DNA of 63,915 bases, counting the filler, from an uncultured delta proteobacterium (GTDB lineage Bacteria > Bdellovibrionota_C > UBA2361 > CAIXSY01), in the NCBI GenBank assembly GCA_903922175.1. It is 7 parts of 7 records of this genome, joined end to end, with 100 filler letters (N's around TTAATTAATTAA, not from the genome) between each part and the next. Parts side by side here need not be neighbours in the genome. Positions count along the whole stretch, not along the records: positions 39,688 to 51,923 come from CAIXSY010000111.1; positions 52,024 to 61,272 come from CAIXSY010000112.1; 5 more parts are not named here. One strand, written 5' to 3'. The translations under genes were made by a program, and so were the position numbers. Position 1 is the stretch's first letter; each line of letters opens with the position of its first letter. Under the pieces are notes generated by a model. The model ran no database searches and had not been told where the DNA came from. It worked only from the letters and a program-made list of their open reading frames with translations. This document shows positions 47,737 to 56,956 of this stretch, piece by piece.

Positions 47737-48313
47737 CCAGAAGCCAGCTCATGATAAGACCGAGGCGGTCAAAGCCGACCCGATTGTGCGTATCGAACCC
47801 CCACGGCGCAAGTTTACGATAGAGTTCCTTGTTGGGATCTTTACCCTACTCGGCGTTGTCTGTGCCGGTATCCTTTCAATCGGGCTAGGAAACGAGACCC
47901 TCTTTGGCGGTGGAACCAGTGTGATATACGCCGAGTTCGACAACATCTCCGGTATCAAGAAGGGGGCGACGGTCGAGATCGGTGGCGTGCCCATCGGCGA
48001 CGTGGCTAATATTGAACTCGCCGATCCCAAGGCGATGCTGCGCCTTCGGCTTTATAATGGAGTGCGAATTCGAGATGATGACATTTTATCAATTCGTACC
48101 AAGGGGATCATAGGTGATCGATATATTAAGGTTTCTCGTGGAGGTTCAAGTGTATTTGTCCCCGAGGGCGGTAAAACCACTGAAACCGAGTCGGTAGTGG
48201 ACATTGAGGATATTATCGGTAAGATCGTCCATAGTATCACCGGCGAGAAAGACGAGAAGGCGAAGCCCTCTACGACGTCAAAAGAAGAAACTGCCCCTGC
48301 AGCCTCCAAATAA
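47714..48313 (+). CDS. mlaD: MCE-domain protein MlaD
   Basis: EFLVGIF TM helix, AEFDNISGIK.GA.V.IGGV.IG.V and IRTKGIIGDRYI. ATG at 47714 preferred. Confidence 0.92.
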   Translation: MVQLESNNQKPAHDKTEAVKADPIVRIEPPRRKFTIEFLVGIFTLLGVVCAGILSIGLGNETLFGGGTSVIYAEFDNISGIKKGATVEIGGVPIGDVANIELADPKAMLRLRLYNGVRIRDDDILSIRTKGIIGDRYIKVSRGGSSVFVPEGGKTTETESVVDIEDIIGKIVHSITGEKDEKAKPSTTSKEETAPAASK

Positions 48314-48329
48314 TAAAGGCTAGGATATT

Positions 48330-48926
48330 ATGAATAAGCTAATTGCTCTGTTATCGCTTCTCGCTCTTCCGCTGACGGCATTTTGTCAAAACCAGGCGAG
48401 CGGATCTTCCCCCACTCCGCAGCAGTTAATAGCTGCAACTCTCGGCGAAGTTGTCAAAGTAAACGAGAGCTATCCTGGCGAAGAGCTGGGAAAGGAACGC
48501 CGGGCCAAACTGCGCCAGGTGATTAATCCGCGCTTCGACTTCCACGAGATGTCACAGCGGTCACTCGGCTCAAACTGGGCTGGGCATCCTCCCGAGCAGC
48601 AGAAGGAGTTTGTCGATCTCTTTTCTGACCTGATGGCCAAGACCTATCTGAGCAAAGTTGAACAGTGCGCTAGGGATACCGTCAAGGTTGAGAAGGATGA
48701 GGTTGACGGCATTAAGGCCATGGTCAAGACCACCGTTATCTATAAAGGAGAGACCTTCCCCCTCGATTACCGGTTACTCCTCAAAGATGGGCAGTGGCGC
48801 GTGTATGACGTCATCGTCGAGAACATCGGCCTTGTGGCCAACTACCGTAACGAATTCGCCGGCATCATCCGCAAAGATGGCTTCGAGGGACTGCTTAAGC
48901 AGCTGCGGGAGAAGAGCGGGAAGTAG
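48330..48926 (+). CDS. mlaC: Periplasmic lipid shuttle MlaC/Ttg2D
   Basis: Signal peptide, FDF.EMS..SLG..W and WRVYDVIVENIGLVANYRNEF. Confidence 0.93.
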   Translation: MNKLIALLSLLALPLTAFCQNQASGSSPTPQQLIAATLGEVVKVNESYPGEELGKERRAKLRQVINPRFDFHEMSQRSLGSNWAGHPPEQQKEFVDLFSDLMAKTYLSKVEQCARDTVKVEKDEVDGIKAMVKTTVIYKGETFPLDYRLLLKDGQWRVYDVIVENIGLVANYRNEFAGIIRKDGFEGLLKQLREKSGK

Positions 48927-48935
48927 CGGAAGCGG

Positions 48936-49005
48936 AGCGGATCTCTGAAAAACTTGGTACGCGAGCGGCCTTGCGGCTGCGGGGCGCGTTTTTCAGAGAT
49001 CCGCT
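48936..49005. repeat. Palindromic element with perfect 18-bp arms (may also act as a terminator)
   Basis: agcggatctctgaaaaac / gtttttcagagatccgct, just after mlaC. Confidence 0.75.
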
Positions 49006-49181
49006 GGATTGATTTTGCGTAACGTTCGCGGCTAGCTCCCTCAACCGCCTTATGAAACCACGAAGAACCGACGACAAAGAGGCGCTGCATGCACTAACTT
49101 AATACCTTTCGCTATATCACTTTTATCCCGCCCCTAGTGTAGAACCCTATTTGCCGTGCACGTTTATACTAAGTGGGATCT

Positions 49182-49631
49182 CTATTTCGGTACTGGTATT
49201 ATATTGAGACAATCCGTGAAAGACATGATATCCATCTTGGCAAGTGCAGCACACGAAGTCTCCCCTCCGGCACTTTTACACTTACACCCACTCACATTAC
49301 TAGACAGAGGAGGGGATAATGGAGCCTTTGAAGATGACGAGGATCTCTTTGGGGGTGTTATGGGGTCTGCGGTTGTACATGCATATGAAACGCACTTAGT
49401 GCATGTCGTTGCTGCGCCCTGCCCCGATATGCAGAACGCGGCGGTCACGTCACCAACTCTCGTTTGTGTGCAGTCCGTTCCGCTGCAGCTACAATCACCG
49501 GCATGCCCGCTACACCCTGTTGGTGCCGGACTTGGGGATGTGGATGGTGCTGAACTTTGAGCCAATGCGCTGAAGGCACACAAGGCAAAACAAAAACTAA
49601 AACTAAAACACACTCGCACAGTTGTAAGCAT
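49182..49631 (-). CDS. Small secreted cysteine-rich protein
   Basis: RBS ggaagggga, signal peptide ending ALA, and 12 Cys in the mature region. Confidence 0.6.
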   Translation of the reverse strand: MLTTVRVCFSFSFCFALCAFSALAQSSAPSTSPSPAPTGCSGHAGDCSCSGTDCTQTRVGDVTAAFCISGQGAATTCTKCVSYACTTADPITPPKRSSSSSKAPLSPPLSSNVSGCKCKSAGGETSCAALAKMDIMSFTDCLNIIPVPK

Positions 49632-49842
49632 ACTTTCCCCTTCCAAATGCCAGTGAATAAGAGACACTAAGGTAAACGAAACTTCTCTTAAGTTCTGCTT
49701 AGAAAATTACCACAGAAAACAGTTTACAGGAACTGTCTAAGTATGTCCACACCAGGTTTTCTGTGCCGATATAAGCTCGCCGTCTGGCAATGAGTTAAGG
49801 AGACAAGTCATCTTTAATAAAAGTAGGTGTCCCAGGCGTCCT

Positions 49843-50338
49843 CTAGATATTCTCAAACTCTGCCGCCCAACTCGCGAGACTCGGCAAAAAATCGTCGGGG
49901 TTGCTTTGCAGTCTTTTTTGAGCTCAGGCATGGAGATCCACATTACGCTGGCTACTTCAATTGGGTCGGGGTGAAAATATTCGATAGGCTGATCGATCTG
50001 TGTGACGAACGATTGCGAAAAGCGAGTATGCTTCCCGCTGCGAAATCTTTTTGAGCCTTTGACCAAGGTGAACCCTTCAATCCCCAATTCTTCTTTGGCC
50101 TCTTTTATGATGTTAGACTCGTATGTTTCGCCTTCCTCCACCGTTCCGGCACGGCGGGGCCCCATTTTCCGGGATCGTGGATCTTGGTCAATGCTCGCTG
50201 TGCCAATAGAACATCACCGCGGCTGTTTTTTATCCATAGCCCAGAGACTCGATAAATATCATTGGGCCCAAGGGTGTCGCGTTCCTTCGATCCAATGACG
50301 TGGTCATTGCTATCGACGAGTATGATTTTAGGTTTCAT
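49843..50338 (-). pseudogene. Frameshifted NUDIX hydrolase (IPP-isomerase-like)
   Basis: MKPKIILVD...LLAQRA..K.HDPGKWGP, then a frameshift near 50153 into AGTVEEGETY...KEAKEELG (Nudix box). A probable second shift near 49900 gives PDDFLPSL...*. Confidence 0.8.
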
Positions 50339-50402
50339 ATGCACGCATAGCATATGACGCAGTGCAACAAGGGGCAAGAAGTTCGTAATAGAGTGGACGT
50401 TC

Positions 50403-51620
50403 TCAACCAATGCCCCGAATGCCGAGTATCTCTGAAATCCCTTTTTGATATGACAGCACGTGAACGCTCTTGCCTGAGGCTAAGTTTACGGTGTAGGCCT
50501 TGTCGTTGGTTGAGATGCAATAAAGCCTACTTTCTGGGTATTCAAGGCTAAACAGATCTAGGCCGCTTAAGTCTTCCCGGTAAACTTTTGGATTTGACTT
50601 AATTTCGATGGCGATCGGGGGCTCGCTGCGGCTACGTGATAGTACCAAGTCTACCTCCGAAGATCCGTTTGAGTAAAAAGACAGGGCGTAGTCGAGATTG
50701 AAGTAGTCGTTGAGGCGATAGAATTCCCCAATAGTGAATTGCTCAAAGAGTCTGCCAAATCTTGCGCTGCCAGCTTCTAGGGGAGAATGTAGCTCGCGGG
50801 CGGCAGCGTTGAGAACGCCACAATCGAAGAAATAAAATTTCGGGCTCTTGATAATCTGCTTTTTGGCAGACCTATCCCATCCCGGAAGTTTGATCACGAG
50901 AAGAGTGTCTATCAATATCTGAAAGTAGTCGCCGATGGTTTTGTCGGCGACTGAAAGTTGGCGTGACATCTTTCTGAAATTAACAACTTCGCCGTTTAGC
51001 TGAGCGGCAACGTCAATAAAGCTAAAAAACTTGTCGAGTTTGCGAACGAGCGCTTCTTGCTGAATCTCCTCCTTGAGGTAGGTGTCGACATAGGTACGAA
51101 GAGCCGCTTCTTTTTGCTCCGCAAAAAATATCGCAGGAACTGCTCCATGTTGGAGTACGTCCGTTAAGTTGAAGCCGTAAGGTTCCAACTCTAGGTAGGT
51201 AAAGGGATGCAGTCTTATCGATATCGCTCTCGATGCCAGCAGATTTGCACTCTGTGACTTTAATTTACGGGCACTCGACCCGGTCAAGAGGAACCGTACC
51301 TTAGGTTTGAGATCCTCTATCAGTAGGTGACATACATCGAGAAGCGCCGGAACTTTTTGAACTTCATCGATAAAAACAGAAAGCGTTGTTTCGTTAGCTA
51401 CTGTGGCAGCCTTAGTTTTAACTTCGTTGATCAGTTGCGTCGGGCTGGAAAGAAGACGCTTATACTCGTAAGGATCTAGAAGATTATAACTTAAGGAAGC
51501 CTCCTGCTCCTTAATCCACGCCTCGGAGAGCTTTGTTTTGCCAAGTCCACGTGCGCCAAGAAAAAGAGCAGATGAGCTTTTACCTAATAATTTGAGTAGG
51601 TTAGTGTACCGCGAGATCAT
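50403..51620 (-). CDS. AAA_14 plus DUF4143 ATP-binding protein
   Basis: GARGLGKT, FIDEVQK, LTGSSARKL, PKFYFFDCG, G.LFE and EVDLV...IEIK. Confidence 0.9.
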   Translation of the reverse strand: MISRYTNLLKLLGKSSSALFLGARGLGKTKLSEAWIKEQEASLSYNLLDPYEYKRLLSSPTQLINEVKTKAATVANETTLSVFIDEVQKVPALLDVCHLLIEDLKPKVRFLLTGSSARKLKSQSANLLASRAISIRLHPFTYLELEPYGFNLTDVLQHGAVPAIFFAEQKEAALRTYVDTYLKEEIQQEALVRKLDKFFSFIDVAAQLNGEVVNFRKMSRQLSVADKTIGDYFQILIDTLLVIKLPGWDRSAKKQIIKSPKFYFFDCGVLNAAARELHSPLEAGSARFGRLFEQFTIGEFYRLNDYFNLDYALSFYSNGSSEVDLVLSRSRSEPPIAIEIKSNPKVYREDLSGLDLFSLEYPESRLYCISTNDKAYTVNLASGKSVHVLSYQKGISEILGIRGIG

Positions 51621-51786
51621 AACTCGTATTTTCCGTGTATATCCGAGTTGATAATACGCGACTGTGGTGGGTTTTGCAACACCTTAGGCGACAGATATCT
51701 CCGAAGTTGCATAACGTGTAATAGTAGTTTTGTTCTCGGGGCGTGCACAATGACATTCAAGGCCGCAGCACATGTTAAAGATGGTT

Positions 51787-51923
51787 AAAGGGGTCAGGAC
51801 CCTTATTCTTTCTTCGGCCTGCCCCGGGGGCGAAGCGATTGAGTTATTCCAAGACGCGCGGCGGTTTCGAGAGTCCAACCCTCCGAACCATATGGCCGAC
51901 CACGAGTAACGGAAAGTCGCAGC
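51787..51923 (-). mobile_element. C-terminal fragment of a REP-associated tyrosine transposase (51803-51923) with an adjacent REP
   Basis: Reads LSVTRGRPYGSEGWTLETAARLGITQSLRPRGRPKKE*. The stop overlaps the palindrome aagggtcctgacccctt. Cut by the contig end. Confidence 0.75.
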
Positions 51924-52023
51924 NNNNNNNNNNNNNNNNNNNNNNNNNNNNNNNNNNNNNNNNNNNNTTAATTAATTAANNNNNNNNNNNNNNNNNNNNN
52001 NNNNNNNNNNNNNNNNNNNNNNN
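51924..52023. other. Artificial contig linker
   Basis: N44-TTAATTAATTAA-N44. Confidence 0.98.
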
Positions 52024-52194
52024 CGGTTCTGCTACAATATCTTAGAACGGTAAGTTATTCCCAATGCAATTGCCCTGGCCGTACACCGGGAACGGATACT
52101 TAAAAATAATTCTTGCGCCCTGCTTATTGAGCCTTCCCATTAAGGCTTCGCATGCCTCTGCTGCAACACAACTAGCGCCGCGCGGAGCGCGGCG

Positions 52195-53220
52195 CTATTT
52201 CACAGCCCTCAAGAACGGATCGCCCTTGACCGCACTCTCGCGCTTAAGCTGGCCGATTAAACGCTCAGCCTGCTGGCGATTATCTTCGGGCCCTACTACT
52301 AGTCTGAAATATTGCTCCCCTCGAACAGCGGCTTTTTCTATACACACCGCAAATCCAGCCCCCTTAAGCTGCTTGGCCAAGGCGACGGCATCCTCTTGGG
52401 TCTTAGGAGCAGCGACCTGTGCGTACCACCCCTTAACAAGAGTCGATCGTATAAGCGTCTCAGGTACAGGCGTTGGCTTTACAACTACCGGGGTAACTAC
52501 CGGCTTTTTCTGGTCAGTAAAAGTTACGATTGCCTTTCCCGTATGCACCGGCTCACTCTTCGGCGTCGGTGGAGTCACGACGAGCACCGGCGTCGGCTGC
52601 GCCTGCCGCTTAATCTCATTTTCTTGATCCTGAATCAGAGAGCCTAGGGTCTTGCTGTCCTCAGCATCTTTTCGGCCGGCTCCGAGTACGCGAATAACGT
52701 TTGCTCCGGCAGCCGGTGTGGCTGCGGTTGGCGCTTGAGTCTTAGCTTCAGCGTGCTGCACGGCGAAGTCACTCACCGGCTCCTCCTCGTTCTTCAAGTC
52801 CTCCTTCTTCAAGGGCACTATCTTGGGGGTACGATCTGCCGGCACCACTTCTGCAGCATTGATCGCGCCGAGCTTTGGAGCTACCTCCGGATGCGATTCA
52901 GAGTTTTCATTGTCATCAGCCAACTTAGCGAACAGGTTCGAGGGAGCCGCATTGGCATCCGCTTCAGCGCCCTCCTCCTCAAAAACGAGCTGCTTTGGGG
53001 CATCTTTTAAGTTTTTCTCACTAGCCAGCTCGTACCCTGCCTTGTGCCCAGTGTAGGCTCCAAGAATATAGACACAGATCATCGAACCGATGATAATTCC
53101 AATTAACATCACGATCTGAATGGGACCAAGGCGGAGCTCCCAGTTGCGCATATTTCTGCTGTTCATAGTGGCTAGTGGTTTAATTGTAGGGCTAGTACGA
53201 GGTCCAGGTATGCTATTCAT
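52195..53220 (-). CDS. SPOR-domain membrane protein (FtsN/DedD-like)
   Basis: N-terminal TM helix, low-complexity linker and C-terminal WYAQVAA...A..L...L...GF...YFRLVVGP. Confidence 0.88.
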   Translation of the reverse strand: MNSIPGPRTSPTIKPLATMNSRNMRNWELRLGPIQIVMLIGIIIGSMICVYILGAYTGHKAGYELASEKNLKDAPKQLVFEEEGAEADANAAPSNLFAKLADDNENSESHPEVAPKLGAINAAEVVPADRTPKIVPLKKEDLKNEEEPVSDFAVQHAEAKTQAPTAATPAAGANVIRVLGAGRKDAEDSKTLGSLIQDQENEIKRQAQPTPVLVVTPPTPKSEPVHTGKAIVTFTDQKKPVVTPVVVKPTPVPETLIRSTLVKGWYAQVAAPKTQEDAVALAKQLKGAGFAVCIEKAAVRGEQYFRLVVGPEDNRQQAERLIGQLKRESAVKGDPFLRAVK

Positions 53221-54469
53221 AACCCACCGGATCTATATTATTTTTCGAAAAAAATGGATACCGTTGTATAATAATCGATAAAAAACCGAGAGCACCAGTC
53301 ATTGTCTGTTTTTCCGCCTCCCAGTCTTGCCGCTTCGCGTGACGCAATCTAAATTCCGGGGCGTTGAGCATTTGGCTAAGTCGATGCAAGGCATAAGTTA
53401 TTCCAGTCAGAAGCTCTCCTACCTCACCATAGTTCGCTGCCCGTACCAAGAACCGATCGAGAACTCCAAATCGGCGTTGAAGATCTTCGTAAGCGACAAG
53501 AGAAGTCTGTGGCTGCTCGGCCGCCATATCCAAGTCCAGATTCAGATCAAGCGGCAGCAGCCGCACTAACCTTAGCATGGTAGCGGCCAAGATCCAATTG
53601 ATATTCTTAGCCTCACCTACCCGCGGAATCAGCAGATCAAAGGATCGGCCATCGGCATCGCCCGCAGCATAAACAAGTAAGGATAAAAGCTCGTTATCGC
53701 CCCACTGCAACAGCTGCTCGGGGTCACCTAACTCATCGAGTCCATCGAACCATGCCGCAGAGGGTGCCTTGATACTAATTTCGAGACCGTCTTCCGTCTC
53801 GACTTCGCCGAGATACGCACGCTCAAAATCTCCAGCGAGATGTCCCTGACAGCCCCACCCCTGCACCCGTGCGCACGAAAGCTGCTTCCCTAAACGATCT
53901 AGACCTTCGATAGTCAGTGTCTGCGGAGCGTGCACAGATGGTCGGAGAAGTAGCTCCAGGATCTGCCGCCACACCCGACCTTGGCCCTCCTGCGTAACGG
54001 CGAACCTCTCATTGCCGATATAGAGCTCCACCCGTGTACCATTACCCTGCGCCAAAAAACAGGAGAGCACGGCACGGGATGCAAGGCGCATGGCGACCCA
54101 ACCGCAAAAAGCACTGGAATGGGCCGGCAGCACGACCAGACCCGCCTCGCTGCTACGAAGCTCAGCAGGGAGGGAGATAGCCTGCCCACGCAGGCGAATA
54201 TTTATATAGCCCCGCTGTAGCGTAACTTGGACAGCACTCTCAAGCGTAAGAAGCCCAGAGAGCCTCTGCATAAGCTGTGCGCCAGCTCGATCCGGCGATA
54301 CCTTTAACCGATTGGCCAACTTAAAACAGTACGGAGAATACAGGTCGCCGAGATCAAGCAAGAGCTGCGGCCGAAAATTCACACGCGGAGGATAGCGTGC
54401 CGCCCCAATTTCAGGCCAAATCTGTGCCGCCTGGGCCTCGAGAAACTGCTCAATCTTCGTAATCGTCAT
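53213..54469 (-). CDS. Degenerate arginyl-tRNA-synthetase-like protein (no HIGH motif)
   Basis: ArgRS N-domain pattern GDL...C.KLA..LK.SP...GYINI.L and a DALR-like segment SFDL....KNINWI.....RL..LL. ATGA-coupled to the upstream gene and overlapping the SPOR gene. Confidence 0.65.
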   Translation of the reverse strand: MTITKIEQFLEAQAAQIWPEIGAARYPPRVNFRPQLLLDLGDLYSPYCFKLANRLKVSPDRAGAQLMQRLSGLLTLESAVQVTLQRGYINIRLRGQAISLPAELRSSEAGLVVLPAHSSAFCGWVAMRLASRAVLSCFLAQGNGTRVELYIGNERFAVTQEGQGRVWRQILELLLRPSVHAPQTLTIEGLDRLGKQLSCARVQGWGCQGHLAGDFERAYLGEVETEDGLEISIKAPSAAWFDGLDELGDPEQLLQWGDNELLSLLVYAAGDADGRSFDLLIPRVGEAKNINWILAATMLRLVRLLPLDLNLDLDMAAEQPQTSLVAYEDLQRRFGVLDRFLVRAANYGEVGELLTGITYALHRLSQMLNAPEFRLRHAKRQDWEAEKQTMTGALGFLSIIIQRYPFFSKNNIDPVGYE

Positions 54470-55554
54470 CGGCCAACTGCCACGCCCTCTCTTTTCCGAA
54501 GCTCTGCCAATAACAACTCGGCACTGCCGCATCCAATCGCTAGCTGTGTCAGCAAGCCCTCGGTAGAATATGTTTCCGGGTTCTGCGGATATTCGCCTTC
54601 GGCCTCAACCAACCTGAAAAATTTGCGACCAAATGAGTACCCACGAAACACCTTCTCGGCCTGCCCCAAGGGGAAACTGAGAAAGAAGATACGTAGTGCG
54701 ACTTGATAACGCTGCTCAGCGTGCTCCACAGGCACAAGCTTTTCGAGGCGATCGAGCGCGGCCAGAACACCCTCAGAGGATGATGGATCAAACAGCGCCA
54801 CCTTCTGCCAAACTCCATACTCAGCGAGAAGCCGAATCGTCGCCGACGGTGAGCGTTCGGCGCAGATCTTGCGCACCTCGCTTAACTTGCGAAATGCAGA
54901 TACCGTGTTCAACGCCTCAGTCGCTAACGCCTCACGTAGACAGCCCAAGGTGGCATCTTCTATTACTCCGCTAATCCGCGCCGCGTAGCGACAGGCACGA
55001 AAGATTCGAGTCGGATCATCGATAAAACTGCGCGGGTGAAGAATCCTGATACGACGAGAGGCCAAGTCGCTATATCCAGAAAAAGAATCAATGAGCAGCG
55101 GACGCAAAGACTCGATCGTCGACGTAGGACCCGTGATCCACCCAACAAAATCCGCAAGACTTATGCCCATCGCATTTATCGAAAAGTCACGTCGATGCAG
55201 GTCCGCGGCAATCTCCGCCGGAGCCACCAAGGGGAGACTCCCCGGTTGGGGATACTCCTCGCTACGAGCGCCTGCGAGATCGATCTCATCGATCCCCCCA
55301 AATCCGGATAGTTCAGACAACTTCGCCGTGCCGAACTGCGGAAAGAGCTGCAGCTTGGCTCCGAGCTCTTGGCTCAATTTTTGGGCGAAGGCAAGCGCAT
55401 CACCCTCAACGATAAAATCAATATCGCGATCATCGGGCAGCGCGCCGATAATTAGGTCGCGGATAGTTCCGCCTACCAGATACAGCGCAAGCTTTTCACG
55501 TTCCGCCGCTGCACGTACTTTGGCAAATAGCTGTTTTTGAGGCTCTGAAAACAT
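54466..55554 (-). CDS. cca: Class II tRNA nucleotidyltransferase (CCA- or A-adding)
   Basis: YLVGG.IRD, DIDF, FGTA, AR.E.Y..PG.LP.V, DLHRRDFSINAM and DDPTRIFRA.RY. Confidence 0.9.
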   Translation of the reverse strand: MFSEPQKQLFAKVRAAAEREKLALYLVGGTIRDLIIGALPDDRDIDFIVEGDALAFAQKLSQELGAKLQLFPQFGTAKLSELSGFGGIDEIDLAGARSEEYPQPGSLPLVAPAEIAADLHRRDFSINAMGISLADFVGWITGPTSTIESLRPLLIDSFSGYSDLASRRIRILHPRSFIDDPTRIFRACRYAARISGVIEDATLGCLREALATEALNTVSAFRKLSEVRKICAERSPSATIRLLAEYGVWQKVALFDPSSSEGVLAALDRLEKLVPVEHAEQRYQVALRIFFLSFPLGQAEKVFRGYSFGRKFFRLVEAEGEYPQNPETYSTEGLLTQLAIGCGSAELLLAELRKREGVAVGR

Positions 55555-55558
55555 AATT

Positions 55559-56809
55559 CTAACGCTTTATTTCTATAAACGATCTGATACCGCTCAAAAG
55601 ACCCTGAGCTAAATCCTGACGAAACGTCTTCTCGGCGAGACGCTTCCCATCATCGGCGTTGTTGATAAAGAACATCTCGACCAAGACACACGGCATATGG
55701 GCTCCGACGAGAACAAAAAAAGGTGCCTTCTTGACCCCTAAACCACGAGTCCCCTTCCACTGCGATGAGAGTCCCTGCAAAAGGCCCACCTCAATCTTAT
55801 GCGCCAGCCGTATCGAATCATCAAGTTTTGCATTCTGAATAAGGTCGCTCAACATGAACTGCAGATCTCCACCGCCGTTGCCCTCAAACGAAAGTGACTT
55901 ATTCTCGCGCTCGGCGAGTGTCTTGCTGCCATGATCATTAGTATTGTCGAGATAGTATACTTCAAGCCCAGAAGATTTACCCTTCGGACTGGCGTTATTG
56001 TGTAAGCTAACAAAAATAGCGGCTCCAGCATCATTGGCCATGGCTGTGCGCTCGGACAGCGGTACAAATACGTCGCTTTGACGAGTAAGCCGCACCTGCG
56101 CCCCGAGCTCCTTAGTCAGCAGCTTTTCCAACTCAAGCGCCACTGCCAGCGTAACATCCTTCTCCAACAGCCCCCCCTGACCTGCGGCACCGAAATCTTC
56201 TCCGCCATGCCCAGGATCGAGCACAATAACCAAACCTTTATTATTTGTTGCAGCGCGCCGATCGTCACCGTCATCTGAGGATTCGGGCTGGTGCGGTCTC
56301 TTATCACCCGCAATGCTGGCCAAGCGTGCCTCAGCAACCTCGTACATGTCCGCAGCTTTGTAATTATTGAGGATCTCGTTGAAATATCGAGTCGCCTCGG
56401 CATTATTCCCCTCTGTCAGGGCAAGATCACCCTTGTGCAAGAGTGCATCATCGACAAGTGCATCCCCCGGAAAGCGCTTGATCAACCTGTCGAGAGAGGC
56501 CCTCGCCCGAGGAAGGTAGTCCCCTTGAGGGTGATTTTTATTGAGCAGTTCGAAAACAACTGCCGTATTAAGAAGCGCGGTCGGAGCCCATCGGTTTTTG
56601 CTGAATTTCGCGGAGAACTCATCAAATTGACGGGCGATGCCTTGCCACTGCGGAACGTCGCTGGCGTCAACGTCGTTATTACGCAGGCGCAGGAACTGCG
56701 CTTTTATCTCCTCGAAACGGGCGTCTCCACGATCGGCCATGACGGCAGTTGGCAACAACACGAAACTAACACCGAGAAGGCAAAACATGGCTAGCCGAAT
56801 AGGCTGCAT
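55559..56809 (-). CDS. N-acetylmuramoyl-L-alanine amidase (Amidase_3) with a TPR-like N-terminus
   Basis: VLDPGHGGED, EKDVTL, LTR..D.FVPL.ERT..AN, SLHNNA and APFFVL.GA.MP.VLVE. Start is uncertain. Confidence 0.93.
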   Translation of the reverse strand: MQPIRLAMFCLLGVSFVLLPTAVMADRGDARFEEIKAQFLRLRNNDVDASDVPQWQGIARQFDEFSAKFSKNRWAPTALLNTAVVFELLNKNHPQGDYLPRARASLDRLIKRFPGDALVDDALLHKGDLALTEGNNAEATRYFNEILNNYKAADMYEVAEARLASIAGDKRPHQPESSDDGDDRRAATNNKGLVIVLDPGHGGEDFGAAGQGGLLEKDVTLAVALELEKLLTKELGAQVRLTRQSDVFVPLSERTAMANDAGAAIFVSLHNNASPKGKSSGLEVYYLDNTNDHGSKTLAERENKSLSFEGNGGGDLQFMLSDLIQNAKLDDSIRLAHKIEVGLLQGLSSQWKGTRGLGVKKAPFFVLVGAHMPCVLVEMFFINNADDGKRLAEKTFRQDLAQGLLSGIRSFIEIKR

Positions 56810-56956
56810 TATTTTTAACACTAACGCCAGCCAAACACATTTGAAATTTTGGAAATCCCAATATCTTCTGATGGATGCTAGCATTAAATACATTTTGGAC
56901 AAACCTCCGGTTTGACTCTGTTTCTTTAAATGTGTTTGGCTATGTGTCCCTTCCTA

